A stretch of 64,000 nucleotides of DNA, taken from positions 24,805-88,804 of the forward strand of contig JBMNTR010000010.1 of NCBI GenBank assembly GCA_050945835.1, in the 5' to 3' direction. A model generated the notes under the pieces. It did no database searches. It was not told the DNA's origin and saw nothing but the letters and a program-made list of their open reading frames with translations. This DNA comes from Christensenellales bacterium. Its GTDB lineage: Bacteria; Bacillota; Clostridia; Christensenellales; JBMNTQ01. A program made the position numbers and the translations under genes. Of the stretch, positions 45,143 through 55,279 are shown piece by piece; positions within the stretch are counted from its first letter, which is position 1, and each line of letters starts with the position of its first letter.

Positions 45143-46807
45143 TCACCCCTTATAACGCTGCTCGTCCTCTTCGCGGATTTGTTTACGCCGTATTTTGCCG
45201 CTGACCGTCTTGGGGAGTTCTTCGACAAACTCCACGATGCGCGGATACTTGTATGGCGCGGTCGTCTTTTTCACATGCTGCTGCAACTCACGCACCAGCT
45301 CATTGCTGGGCGAATAATTCTTGGTGAGCACGACGGTCGCCTTGACAATCTGGCCCCTGTCCGGATCGGGTATGGCGGAAATAGCGCATTCCAGCACGGC
45401 CGGGTGCTCCAACAGCGCACTTTCCACTTCAAACGGCCCAATGCGGTAGCCGGAAGACTTGATGACATCATCCCGCCGGCCGACAAACCAGTAGTATCCA
45501 TTCTCATCGCGCCAGGCGATATCACCCAGACGGTAGTAGCCGTCATACCAAACGCTCTTGGTCAGCGCTTCATCTTTGTAATAGCCCCTGAACATACCGA
45601 CCGGCCTGCCGTTTTTCGTGCAGATACAGACTTCACCCTCTTCGCCGACTTCGCAGGGCTCGTCGTTTTCGTTGAGCAGCTCGACTTCGTATTGAGGAGA
45701 AGGCATGCCGATGGAACCGGGAACGGCCTTCATGAAGGTAAACGTACCGATGAGCGGCGTCGTTTCCGATTGGCCGAAGCCTTCCTTGATTTCAATACCG
45801 GTGATGCGCTTGAACTGGTTGAAGACCTCCGGATTCAGCGGCTCTCCGGCGACGGTACAGTAACGCAGCGCCGAAAAATCAAGGCCGGACAAGTCCTCCT
45901 TGATCAAAAACCGATAGATGGTGGGCGGCGCACAGAAAGTCGTAACGCGGTGCTTGCACACCATTTCGGCAAGGCGCAGCGGCTCGAATTTCTCCATGTC
46001 GTAAACGAACTGCGCAGAGCCCGCGATCCACTGGCCGTATGTCTTGCCCCAGCCGGCCTTCGCCCAGCCCGTATCCGCTACCGTGAGATGCAGGCCGTCT
46101 TGCGTGACATTATGCCATTCTGTGGCCGTTAGAATCTGACCCAGCGGGTAGGTGAAATCATGGAGCGCCATCTTGGGCATGCCGGTTGTGCCGGAGGAAA
46201 AATAGATGAGCATCGGATCGCCGTTATCAGGCATGTCCTGCTCGGCGGGCATGTCCCAAATGTCGCTGGCCGCTTCCAGCTCGGCTGAAAAATCAATAAA
46301 CCCGTCATAAGCGCCCAGAGTCGCCTTCTTGAAGGGCTTCTTCACACATTGCTCGGCCTTGTTGATATACTCCAGCAGCTCGGGCTTATGGACGCTCAGC
46401 AGGAATGAAACATCCGCGGCGTCGATGCGGTAGCTGATATCCTTATCGGTGAGCAGGTGTGTCGCGGGGATCGCGATCGCGCCTATTTTGCAGAGCGCCG
46501 GTATGCAGAACCAGTATTCATAGCGCCGCATCAGCATCATCATGACCACGTCGCCCTTTTTAACGCCGTGCTTTTTGAATGCATTCGCCGCTTTATCGCT
46601 GTAACGTTTGATATCTGCGAATGTAAAGCGTTTTTCGTTTCCGTGATCATCCACCCACAAGAGCGCCAATTTATCCGGGTGTGTGCGGGCATATTCGTCC
46701 ACCACATCATAACCGAAGTTAAAGCGCTCCGGGATGAGCACTTTCCAATTTTGCATGAAATCCTCATGCGAAGTAAAACTTGTTTTTGCTAAATATTTCT
46801 CTAACAT
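45143..46807 (-). CDS. AMP-forming acyl-CoA synthetase (medium-chain/ACSM-like)
   Basis: 554 aa with the AMP-binding motif YFSSGTTGMPK, GEPLNPEV, YYRLGDIAWRDENGYYWFVGRRDD and a C-terminal SGKIRR. Confidence 0.8.
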   Translation of the reverse strand: MLEKYLAKTSFTSHEDFMQNWKVLIPERFNFGYDVVDEYARTHPDKLALLWVDDHGNEKRFTFADIKRYSDKAANAFKKHGVKKGDVVMMMLMRRYEYWFCIPALCKIGAIAIPATHLLTDKDISYRIDAADVSFLLSVHKPELLEYINKAEQCVKKPFKKATLGAYDGFIDFSAELEAASDIWDMPAEQDMPDNGDPMLIYFSSGTTGMPKMALHDFTYPLGQILTATEWHNVTQDGLHLTVADTGWAKAGWGKTYGQWIAGSAQFVYDMEKFEPLRLAEMVCKHRVTTFCAPPTIYRFLIKEDLSGLDFSALRYCTVAGEPLNPEVFNQFKRITGIEIKEGFGQSETTPLIGTFTFMKAVPGSIGMPSPQYEVELLNENDEPCEVGEEGEVCICTKNGRPVGMFRGYYKDEALTKSVWYDGYYRLGDIAWRDENGYYWFVGRRDDVIKSSGYRIGPFEVESALLEHPAVLECAISAIPDPDRGQIVKATVVLTKNYSPSNELVRELQQHVKKTTAPYKYPRIVEFVEELPKTVSGKIRRKQIREEDEQRYKG

Positions 46808-46826
46808 AAAACCCTTCCTTGTTCTT

Positions 46827-47381
46827 TTAGATGACGACCGCTATAAATTTAGCAGTGACATCCCCCACAGCTTTCATGCCGTGCGGGTAGGAGGAATCGA
46901 AGTAAATCGAATCTCCCGGATTGAGCAGCATTTCGCGGCCGTTGATGTTGATACAGAGTTGACCTTCCACCACATAATCGAACTCTTGGCCAGGGTGGCT
47001 GTTCAGCGAGACAGGTGTATCCTTGGCCTCGGGTTCGACAGAGACAAGAAACGGCTGGGTTTTCTTATTTGAGAAATTTTCAGCTAAACTTTGATATTTA
47101 TACTCTGAACGGCGTTCTACAGCAACGCCTTGACCTGCACGCACCAAGCAGTATATATGCAGCTTAGGTTCGCCGCCTGTGAGCAGAGAGGTGACGTCAA
47201 CCTGATAACGGTTTGCTATTTCACACAAAAAGCTGATGGAAATATCCGATTCGCCCGATTCATATTTCAAATACTTTTCGTGGCTGATACCGAGTTCCTT
47301 TGCAAGTGTTTCGGCGCTGTCGCCGGATATCTCGCGAAGCTCCTTGATACGCATGGCAATTTGGCGTACATTTTCAGACAT
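46827..47381 (-). CDS. XRE-family HTH regulator with C-terminal cupin domain
   Basis: IAMRIKELREISGDSAETLAKELGISHEKYLKYESG (HTH_3), then a cupin region (GQEFDYVVEGQL...GDSIYFDSSYPHG). It is 20 nt upstream of the synthetase gene. Confidence 0.8.
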   Translation of the reverse strand: MSENVRQIAMRIKELREISGDSAETLAKELGISHEKYLKYESGESDISISFLCEIANRYQVDVTSLLTGGEPKLHIYCLVRAGQGVAVERRSEYKYQSLAENFSNKKTQPFLVSVEPEAKDTPVSLNSHPGQEFDYVVEGQLCININGREMLLNPGDSIYFDSSYPHGMKAVGDVTAKFIAVVI

Positions 47382-47619
47382 CTCTCAAAACTCCTTTCTC
47401 CATTATTGGGTCATGCTTCGCCAATGGCTGCAGCGAAACAAGGCCCATTTATATTGCTTACATTATACTGGATTCCAACATGACGGGCAATACCTTTTTC
47501 TACGCAGTAAAAAAGATGCGCAATACAAGGCGGATATATCTGCATACGCTGAAAACGGCAATGCGGGTGTGGTGTGTATGCGCCGGCTGTGATATGATCA
47601 TCAAAAAGGAGATTGAAGG

Positions 47620-47913
47620 ATGATCAGACATATTGTATTTTTTAAATTTGATCCAAACAAACCTGAGGCGGCACAGACCAGCGCAAAACTGCTTAGGGAG
47701 CTGCCGAAAAAGATTGATGTGATCCGGTATTTGCAGGTAGGGTTTGATGTAACCCACAGCAGCCGGTCTTATGATATGGCATTAATCTGCGACTTCGATC
47801 ATCTCGCGGATTTAGCAGCGTATGACGTGCACCCCGAGCACCAGAAGGTCAGGGAATACATCCATTCGGTGCGCATCGGCACGGCGGCATGTGATTTCGA
47901 ATACGACGCCTGA
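47620..47913 (+). CDS. Dabb (stress-responsive dimeric alpha/beta barrel) family protein
   Basis: 97 aa. MIRHIVFFKF... and ...YDVHPEHQKV are typical of Dabb. SD AAAGGAG. Confidence 0.7.
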   Translation: MIRHIVFFKFDPNKPEAAQTSAKLLRELPKKIDVIRYLQVGFDVTHSSRSYDMALICDFDHLADLAAYDVHPEHQKVREYIHSVRIGTAACDFEYDA

Positions 47914-47946
47914 AGGCACGCATGGTTTTTTTAGGCGTGAACCTAT

Positions 47947-50094
47947 TTACTCCGTGCCTGCGGGCGATTCAGGATCGCCGGTGGTATCGTCCGGCGAAAG
48001 GCTGAAAGCGTTTTCGCCGGCAGTGTCTTCCAACTGGTCGTCCGGTGTGAGCAGCGCGCGCGCGATTTCGAGCTTCTTGGAAGTCTGCTCGTATTCGCCT
48101 TCCACGAGTACAGCGACCAGGCGCGGTTCTTCTTCATCGATCCAATAAGCCACAAACCAGCCGAGCTCTTTGTCATCCCCGCCCTTGGCGGTGCCTGTTT
48201 TGCCGCCTATGCGCACGTCTTCAATGCTGATACCCAGCCGCCAGCCCGTGCCTTCCGCGATCACGGACTCCATGATGGGGGCCAAGATACGGCACGCCTC
48301 CGCCGATACGGCAGCTTCTTTCCAGACGGACGGCTCTGTCGTCCTCGTCGCGATATAGTCTTTGTCCTGTTCCTGATGGATGGATTCGATCAAATAGGGC
48401 GCCATGATATCCCCGCCGTTGGCGAACGCGGAACTGACACACGCCAACTGCAAGGGTGTGAGCAACAGCTCCCCCTGGCCGTAGCTGGAGTCGGAGAGAT
48501 ACTTGATGTTGAATTCCGTCCCTTCATTGGCGACCTGGGAAGTCTTGACAGGCAGATCATAAGGGACGCTCTCGCCGATCCCCACGCGATCAAAATAGGA
48601 GAGCAGCGCATCCTCACCCATTTCGAGCGCAAGCTTGCTGAAGTAGATATTATCCGACCACATCAGGCAGTCCTTAAGATTCATTTCGTGTGCAGGTACC
48701 TGTGCGCGGTTGACCGCCGGATAGTGCCAGCCGGGGTAATCAGGGAACCAGGAATCGTTTACGATATTAAGACCGTTGAACGTGTTGTAGTATTCCGTGA
48801 TGGTGCCTGCATCCAAACCTGCCGCTGCGGTGACCGGCTTGAGTATGGAGCCGGGGGGCAACAGCGATTCAAGCGCACGGTTGAACATGGGGTAATTGCT
48901 GCTTTCGTCCATCAGTTCGTTCCAATAGTCCGTGCTTACGCCCTCGACAAATGCATTCGGATCGAAGGAAGGGTAATTGGCCTGTGCCTTGATCGCGCCC
49001 GTCTTATAATCGAGCACGACGACCACGCCGCTCTGCCCCTGTGTGAGATATTCTTCCAGCGCATCATAGGCCCGCTGCTGCAGCTCGATATCCAGTGTGA
49101 GGTGCAGATCCTGACCGTTCTGTGCGTCTTGCCGGTAGAGCGACTCTTTTTTTTGCCCGTCCTGCGTACGTATGAACACTTCAAAGCCGGTAGTGCCTGT
49201 CAAGGCCTCCTCATATTGCTTTTCAAGACCGGCTTTTCCGATATAGCTGTCCACGCGGTATCCTTCATCCTTGACCTGCTCATACTCTTCTGCGCTGAGC
49301 ATACCCACATATCCGGTGGTATGCGCGCAAATGTCGGCATAGGGGTATGTGCGCGCTACGACATAGTGCTGGTAGTCGATGCCCACGCCATCCATGGCGG
49401 TGAGCTGCTCGGTGGTTTCGGCGGATAAGTCCTGTGCATCCTCATACACCTTCAGCACGATAAAATCGTCCCGCTTCGCTTCGGCGGATTCCAACAACGC
49501 CAGTATCTCCTCCGCCTGCATGGCGAGCAGCGGTGCCAACGCATCGGCGAGCTGCTGCAAAGACTCTATGCGGCTGGGTTGAGCATACACGCAGAGAAAC
49601 GCCGTGTTCGCGGCCAGCAGCTGCGAGTTGGCGTCGAATATCTCTCCGCGTTTCGGCTCTATGGCGGCTGCGACCACCGTATCGCCCCAATCCATCTGCG
49701 GGAAGATGAGTGCGGGTGTCCAATCCACTTTACCATCCTTTAAGTGTATTTCATATTCATAGGTCAATTCGCCTGCTAGGTCTGTTTGGTAGGTGAGGGT
49801 ATAGAACAAGACCCCGGCCTCCTTCGCGAGATCAGAAGATGCTGTTACATAAGAAATACCTGTAACAGCCAAGCCTTCCATGATGGAGGTGTATCGGTTT
49901 ACAAAGTCACTCAAGCCGATTTTAGCCTGCGCTGTTTCGGACAGATGTGAGTAAGCGCGGGAAAAATCGCGGCTGGCGATGGCATTTAAATAATGATCCG
50001 CCGAAGAAAAGGCGACAACCGCTTCTTCGTGTGTGCATGCGCAAAATATGAAGAGTATCGCAAGACATAAAGCGAACAACCTTTTTGTATGCAT
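47947..50094 (-). CDS. class B penicillin-binding protein with NTF2-like (MecA_N-type) N-terminal domain
   Basis: Transpeptidase motifs SILK (PGSILKPVTAAAG), SDN (WSDNIYF) and KTGTA. The ATG at 50094 is preferred (GGAGG 5 nt upstream), giving the signal/lipobox-like MHTKRLFALCLAILFIFCAC. Confidence 0.8.
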   Translation of the reverse strand: MHTKRLFALCLAILFIFCACTHEEAVVAFSSADHYLNAIASRDFSRAYSHLSETAQAKIGLSDFVNRYTSIMEGLAVTGISYVTASSDLAKEAGVLFYTLTYQTDLAGELTYEYEIHLKDGKVDWTPALIFPQMDWGDTVVAAAIEPKRGEIFDANSQLLAANTAFLCVYAQPSRIESLQQLADALAPLLAMQAEEILALLESAEAKRDDFIVLKVYEDAQDLSAETTEQLTAMDGVGIDYQHYVVARTYPYADICAHTTGYVGMLSAEEYEQVKDEGYRVDSYIGKAGLEKQYEEALTGTTGFEVFIRTQDGQKKESLYRQDAQNGQDLHLTLDIELQQRAYDALEEYLTQGQSGVVVVLDYKTGAIKAQANYPSFDPNAFVEGVSTDYWNELMDESSNYPMFNRALESLLPPGSILKPVTAAAGLDAGTITEYYNTFNGLNIVNDSWFPDYPGWHYPAVNRAQVPAHEMNLKDCLMWSDNIYFSKLALEMGEDALLSYFDRVGIGESVPYDLPVKTSQVANEGTEFNIKYLSDSSYGQGELLLTPLQLACVSSAFANGGDIMAPYLIESIHQEQDKDYIATRTTEPSVWKEAAVSAEACRILAPIMESVIAEGTGWRLGISIEDVRIGGKTGTAKGGDDKELGWFVAYWIDEEEPRLVAVLVEGEYEQTSKKLEIARALLTPDDQLEDTAGENAFSLSPDDTTGDPESPAGTE

Positions 50095-50392
50095 CGGTTC
50101 CTCCGTCATTTGACATTCTTGGAATTATACCCTATCGGCGTAACAAACAGGGTGTAATCCGCGCGCATATGCGTTCTCTCGTCAGCAATAAAATCGCACA
50201 CGCATAAAACAGCTGTAATAATGGTCGCTTAGCGGGCATTATATCACAAATCGACAAGCCTTGCATGAGTGTCGAAATCAGATGAAAACGCTAAAAATAT
50301 GTCGTTTTAAGGGGAAAGTGGTGAAAGATATGCAGGATGTGATTCATTTATGGTTATAAATGGGAGAAATGTTACATAATTATTAAATAAAG

Positions 50393-50421
50393 TTGACATA
50401 ATAGAGTTGCTGGAGTAAAAT
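50393..50421 (+). promoter_or_regulatory. sigma-A type promoter upstream of the 3D-domain gene (TTGACA-17 nt-TAAAAT)
   Basis: Perfect -35 TTGACA at 50393-50398, a 17-nt spacer, and -10 TAAAAT at 50416-50421, 40 nt before the ATG. Confidence 0.6.
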
Positions 50422-50460
50422 AACAATATCTTTTTTGAACGCTCAAAGAAGGAGAAAACA

Positions 50461-52140
50461 ATGAAGCGAAAAAAAAGCAATGGCTTTGATGGCGTTGCGA
50501 TGTATGTCTCAGGCATGCAGCCGGGCATACTCTATGCGAAATCAAAGCCGCCAAGAAGCAATGTGATGCTAGGCCTGGTTGCCGGTATGGGAAAAGCGGT
50601 ACGGGCAGCGCTCAGCGCACTGGCGGCGCCGGTGGTTTTCTTTAGAAAACTATTTGGCAAGAGCATTGTTTCAAACAAAGGGAAGACGCATGAAAAGGCG
50701 CTTCGCTCTATGCAAAACAGAAGGAGCAAGGCCTTCACGCGCACAGGAACGATCCGATCCTCTCAGAACAAACCTATGCCTGCGGACACTGGAGCCGTAT
50801 TGATGGCCGCCGCGCGCAGCGAAAGCGCAGCCATCACGCTGGGCGAGGATTCCGGGGAGGAAACGGAAGCCGAATTACCATTTCAACTAAAACGAAAAGG
50901 GCATAAGGAGGCGAAATTGGCTGCCCGCAGAAAGAGATCGGGCAAAAAGCAAAAACAGGAAAATCTAACTATATTGCTGGACGAAGTGTTATATCATGAG
51001 CGTGAGAAAAAGCGGATACCGCTATTTTTCAAAATAGCGTCCGGTGCTCTGGCTTTGGGTGTTTCTGTTTTCTTGCTGACCGGAGCCATTATCGGAAGTC
51101 AGACAAAGACGATTACGATCAACGACGCCGGCAAAACTATGACGATCAAGACGACAAGTGAAGATGTTGCGGCATTGTTGGGTGAGAACAACATCGTGCT
51201 GGGCGACGGGGATTTATTGAGCGTACAACCCGAAGCGCCGGTAAAAGACGAGATGAATATCATCATCAAGCGGGCCGGATTGATCCAGATTACGACGGGT
51301 AAAGAGCAGGTAGTGGTAGCACTCGCGAGCGGGACGGTGGAAGATGCGCTGAAAAAAGCGGACATCACCATCGAAGAACAGGATCTGATCGAACCCGCGC
51401 TGCACACGAGACTAGCAGACGTTACCAACATCGTTCATACAAAAGTGTCTACTGAATATGAGACAGACAGTGAGAAGATTGCTTTTAACGAAGTGACAGT
51501 AAAAGACCCCAATATGCTCTACGGCAAGAGCAGTGTGAGTGAAGGGGCAGAGGGCGAAAAGCGCATACGCACAAAAGTGATGTATCACAACGGTGAAGAG
51601 GTTTCCCGGGAAATAACAGACGAAACACTCGTCTCCGAACCGGTTGACCAAATAACCTATGTCGGGACGTACATCCCGCCCACGCCGAAGCCGACCCCGA
51701 AACCGACGCCGAAACCAAAGGCCAATACGGGCGGCTCAAGCAAAGCGAACACCAATACCAACACCGGCGGCTCGGCGCAAGTTGGGTATATTAACCCAAA
51801 CCTGGTGCAGTTTGCCGGGGATACGAGAAGCCAAACACCGCCTACAGAAGACCAGATTGCGCAGGTCTATACCATGAAGGCGACGGCATACTACGATATC
51901 AACAACACCGGCTCCACGGCCACGGGCGCAGCGCCTGTGTTTGGCACGGTGGCTGTCAATCCAAGCATCATCCCGTATGGAACCAGGATGTGGATTGAAG
52001 GCTATGGATATGGTATTGCGCAGGATACAGGCGGATTCGCCAGGAACAACCCGTATCAAGTCGATGTGTTTGTGCCGACTCTGGGTATGTGTTATCAATG
52101 GGGGATGCGCAGCGCGGTCAAGGTGTACATCCTCAAATAA
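50461..52140 (+). CDS. YabE-like cell-wall protein: basic disordered N-terminus, TM, 2x DUF348, G5, PT-rich linker, 3D domain
   Basis: DUF348-like repeats (ITINDAGKTMTIKTTSEDVAALL; IQITTGKEQVVVALASGTVEDALK). G5 region (EGAEGEKRIRTKVMYHNGEEVSREI). The C-terminal 3D domain contains ATAYY...GTVAVNPSIIPYGTRMWIEGYGYGIAQDTGG. Confidence 0.75.
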   Translation: MKRKKSNGFDGVAMYVSGMQPGILYAKSKPPRSNVMLGLVAGMGKAVRAALSALAAPVVFFRKLFGKSIVSNKGKTHEKALRSMQNRRSKAFTRTGTIRSSQNKPMPADTGAVLMAAARSESAAITLGEDSGEETEAELPFQLKRKGHKEAKLAARRKRSGKKQKQENLTILLDEVLYHEREKKRIPLFFKIASGALALGVSVFLLTGAIIGSQTKTITINDAGKTMTIKTTSEDVAALLGENNIVLGDGDLLSVQPEAPVKDEMNIIIKRAGLIQITTGKEQVVVALASGTVEDALKKADITIEEQDLIEPALHTRLADVTNIVHTKVSTEYETDSEKIAFNEVTVKDPNMLYGKSSVSEGAEGEKRIRTKVMYHNGEEVSREITDETLVSEPVDQITYVGTYIPPTPKPTPKPTPKPKANTGGSSKANTNTNTGGSAQVGYINPNLVQFAGDTRSQTPPTEDQIAQVYTMKATAYYDINNTGSTATGAAPVFGTVAVNPSIIPYGTRMWIEGYGYGIAQDTGGFARNNPYQVDVFVPTLGMCYQWGMRSAVKVYILK

Positions 52141-52352
52141 AGCGGTTTCAGACATTGTAATCATGATCCCCGGGCTGTTGAAGCTTGGGGATCATTGATG
52201 CCTGTAGATATACAGGCGCACGGTCGATGCAAGCAGCATCGTGTTTTGTTCGAAGAAACACCTTCGTGCTGTCGATCAGGAAGGAAAGCGGGCGGCGATC
52301 ACGTATACAACAAGCGTTGAAGGCAAAAAAGCCGGAATAAGGGGGAGACATT

Positions 52353-53030
52353 ATGAATCTATGGGAAGCAATGAAGGCGCGTCATTCCGTCAGAAGCTAT
52401 ACAGACCGCAAAATCGAGGGTGATGTTTTAGCCGAGTTGCGGCAAGTGATCAGCGATTGCAACGAGGAGAGCAGGCTGCATATGCAGCTTTGCTTAGACG
52501 AACCGGGTGCATTTTCGGGAATGCTGGCGCGTTACGGCAGATTCGTCAATGTGCGAAACTATATCGCCCTTGTGGGCAAACAGGGCGATGATCTGGATGA
52601 AAAATGCGGCTATTACGGTGAAAAGATTGTTTTAAAAGCGCAGCAGCTTGGCCTGAACACCTGTTGGGTGGCCGTGAGTTTCAGCAAAGCTAAATGCAGA
52701 GCAGCCCTGTCTCTCAACCCTGACGAAAGGCTGCGTATGGTCATTGCGCTTGGATATGGCAAGAATGACGGATCCCCCCGCAGGACAAAATCCATAAAGG
52801 CATTGTCTAAGGCAGAAGGGGTGCTGCCCGGCTGGTTTCGCAAGGGAATGGAGGCGGCACAGCTGGCTCCAACGGCAAGAAACCAGCAGAGGTTCAAGTT
52901 TATTCTGACAGATGACATTGTACACGCATCGGCGGGGAGCGGATTCTATACCAAAGTGGACCTTGGGATCGCAAAATATCATTTCGAGGCGGGCGCTTCA
53001 GATAGCGGCTGGAAATGGGCCGAAGCATAA
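52353..53030 (+). CDS. nitroreductase family protein
   Basis: 225 aa. MNLWEAMKARHSVRSYTDRKI start is typical of the nitroreductase fold, with a later APTARNQQRFKF. SD AAGGGGGAG. Confidence 0.75.
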   Translation: MNLWEAMKARHSVRSYTDRKIEGDVLAELRQVISDCNEESRLHMQLCLDEPGAFSGMLARYGRFVNVRNYIALVGKQGDDLDEKCGYYGEKIVLKAQQLGLNTCWVAVSFSKAKCRAALSLNPDERLRMVIALGYGKNDGSPRRTKSIKALSKAEGVLPGWFRKGMEAAQLAPTARNQQRFKFILTDDIVHASAGSGFYTKVDLGIAKYHFEAGASDSGWKWAEA

Positions 53031-53182
53031 TAGGCTTTCTCTGTGCGTGCCCGCAGATCGCCGGAAAAGCCATACTTTACAGCTTTTTTGACAGTCCGAA
53101 TCATGCTATAGTATAATATTTTATATAAGCTGGCTTTAGATATCATAACGCACACTCCAGGAGATCATGCAAAGGAGATGGA

Positions 53183-54133
53183 ATGATGCTGCTTCAAGAG
53201 TATCCTTTTGCAGGAGAAAAGGGCACATTGCTGGATGTGCAGTTTTATCAGGGCAGCCAGTGTATACCGCTGCATATGCACGATTTCTCAGAATTTGTGG
53301 TCGTTCATAACGGATCATGCATCTACCAGTATCAGGGGCGGGAAACGCTGCTGGTGGCGGGAGATGTATTTTTTATACCGCCTTATCATGCGCACGGATA
53401 CCGGTATGACACCACTATGGAGTTTTATAACTGTCAGTTTTATGCGGATCGGCTGGGTGCACATTGGGACTCCATATTGCACGACACGGTGTTGGGGGAA
53501 AACCTCTATGTGGAGCGGAACAGCGGTCCTTTTAGCTGGGACTATGATCTTCGGGACATATCTTTGATCGATTTGGACAATGAGACACAAGATAAAGAAT
53601 ATGGATCGTATTTTAAGGAGCACAGGATCATCCATCTGGATGGCGAGGAGAAAGAAACCATCGAAGGGTTATTGGAATCCATACGCTATGAACAAGACAA
53701 GAAAAAGAGTGGGTATGAGTATCTAAAACAGGCTTATCTGACCATCATACTCACCACCATCAAGCGGATCATGGAAAAACAGAGCAGAGCGATGGAGCTC
53801 GGGCCCAGTCGAAAAAAGAGCGTGATTTATGAAGCCCTGAGGCATATCGATGAAAACTATGCTGAGAATATCAATTTCTCCGAATTTGCCCAAAAGAATT
53901 TTATCACGCCCAACCATTTTCGTCAGCTGTTTAAAAAGGTGACAGGTGTCTCGCCGGTGAATTACCTGAACCGGGTGCGCGTGATCAAATCGCTGCAATT
54001 CATTCAGCTGGAGAACATGTCGATTTCCGATGCTGCGGCCAAGGTAGGCGTTTATGACGCGAACTACTTCTCCCGTATGTTTAAAAAGATAATGGGCTAC
54101 TCGCCCAGATATTTCAAGAGCATCTCTAAATAA
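53183..54133 (+). CDS. AraC family transcriptional regulator (N-terminal cupin, C-terminal HTH_18)
   Basis: Cupin region (HMHDFSEFVVVHNG...GDVFFIPPYHAHGY). The C-terminal dual HTH includes FAQKNFITPNHFRQLFKKVTGVSPVNYLNRVRV...ISDAAAKVGVYDANYFSRMFKKIMGYSPRYF. Confidence 0.85.
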   Translation: MMLLQEYPFAGEKGTLLDVQFYQGSQCIPLHMHDFSEFVVVHNGSCIYQYQGRETLLVAGDVFFIPPYHAHGYRYDTTMEFYNCQFYADRLGAHWDSILHDTVLGENLYVERNSGPFSWDYDLRDISLIDLDNETQDKEYGSYFKEHRIIHLDGEEKETIEGLLESIRYEQDKKKSGYEYLKQAYLTIILTTIKRIMEKQSRAMELGPSRKKSVIYEALRHIDENYAENINFSEFAQKNFITPNHFRQLFKKVTGVSPVNYLNRVRVIKSLQFIQLENMSISDAAAKVGVYDANYFSRMFKKIMGYSPRYFKSISK

Positions 54134-54286
54134 TGAATGAAAAAAACAGCTTACTCTGCTCTTAAGCCGCAGATGAACGGGCTTCTGACAATCTATATAT
54201 AATGGCGTTTTGCGCCAAAGGCAAACAAAAATGACGCGGGGTGCATACAATGAACCAACTTCTATTCTTGAAGGGGGAACAAAACA

Positions 54287-55279
54287 ATGTGCACCGCAAT
54301 GACACTGAGCTCTTCAGACGTAGCAAGCTATATCGGCAGGAATATGGATTTTTCCTATGACCTGCAACCTCACTTCTTTTATGTGCCGAAGCATTATGAA
54401 TGGGAAAATGCGCTGACCAACGAGATCATGCGTGATTCTTACAGTTTTATCGGAATTGGGCAATCGCTGGATGGCGTACTTGCATTTTTCGATGGGGTCA
54501 ACGAACATGGCTTTGCTGCGGCGGCGCTGTATTTTGCCGGATATGCCCATTATGATGTAGCAACACCGGGCCCGGATACAATACAGGTAGCCGCCTACGA
54601 TTTTCTGCACTATATACTTGGAAACTGTGCATCGCTGGAAGATCTTTGTGTGCAGATGCATCGCATACATATAATGGGGCTGGCGGATCCGCTGACACAA
54701 ACGGTGGCTCCGTTGCATTGGATTGCTGCCGATCGAAGCGGAAGGTCCGTTGTGCTGGAACAGACGAAAAAAGGCATGGAGCTCTTCAACAATCGGATAG
54801 GGGTGCTGGCCAACAGTCCGGATTTTCGCTGGCATATGACGAATTTGCGCAATTATATGCAGACATCGCCCCTTCAGCCGGAAGAGACGCTCTGGGGGAG
54901 TGTTACGCTTACGCCATTCGGCCAGGCTGGAGGCACGGTGCCGTTACCCGGCGGCTATACATCGCCCGAACGCTTTGTGCGCACGGCTTATCTAAAAACC
55001 CACATCCCAACGCCGCACAGCCAGAACAGCGCTTGCATCTCTTTCTATCAGGTCATGAAGAGCGTGTCGATCCCCAAGGGTGCGGTTTTGACTGCCCGGG
55101 GAACGGATGATTACACCCAATACACGGCTTGTATAGACATGAATCGCTGCGAATATTTCTTCAACACCTATGATAATCTGCAAATAAAAAGAATGGGTTT
55201 TCCTGCTTTAAAAACAGCCCCGGACACGTTGGTGGATCTGGGAGAAATCGTGCAGCCCATACGCTTTGAAAACCTGTAA
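54287..55279 (+). CDS. choloylglycine hydrolase (linear amide C-N hydrolase, Ntn) family protein
   Basis: The protein starts MCTAMTL, with the Cys2 nucleophile exposed after Met removal. RNMDF follows shortly after. About 330 aa, typical of BSH/PVA-family enzymes. Confidence 0.8.
   Translation: MCTAMTLSSSDVASYIGRNMDFSYDLQPHFFYVPKHYEWENALTNEIMRDSYSFIGIGQSLDGVLAFFDGVNEHGFAAAALYFAGYAHYDVATPGPDTIQVAAYDFLHYILGNCASLEDLCVQMHRIHIMGLADPLTQTVAPLHWIAADRSGRSVVLEQTKKGMELFNNRIGVLANSPDFRWHMTNLRNYMQTSPLQPEETLWGSVTLTPFGQAGGTVPLPGGYTSPERFVRTAYLKTHIPTPHSQNSACISFYQVMKSVSIPKGAVLTARGTDDYTQYTACIDMNRCEYFFNTYDNLQIKRMGFPALKTAPDTLVDLGEIVQPIRFENL

Noticed and set aside
44723-46132. 469-aa plus-strand ORF, the second-largest reading frame in this region
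   Set aside because: It lies antisense to the 554-aa acyl-CoA synthetase gene, which has clear AMP-binding motifs. Its translation is Arg/Gly/Ala-rich low-complexity sequence with no SD. It begins inside upp in another frame. This is a typical shadow ORF of GC-rich coding DNA.
455-49428. Other long antisense or alternative-frame ORFs in the track (for example 455-1099 -, 11027-11818 -, 15472-16281 -, 17459-18118 -, 20026-20715 -, 21331-21906 -, 41834-42628 -, 48376-49428 +, 61768-62343 +)
   Set aside because: Each is fully overlapped by an opposite-strand or other-frame gene with strong family motifs. Their translations are Arg/His/Pro-rich and lack SDs. I treated them as non-coding shadows.
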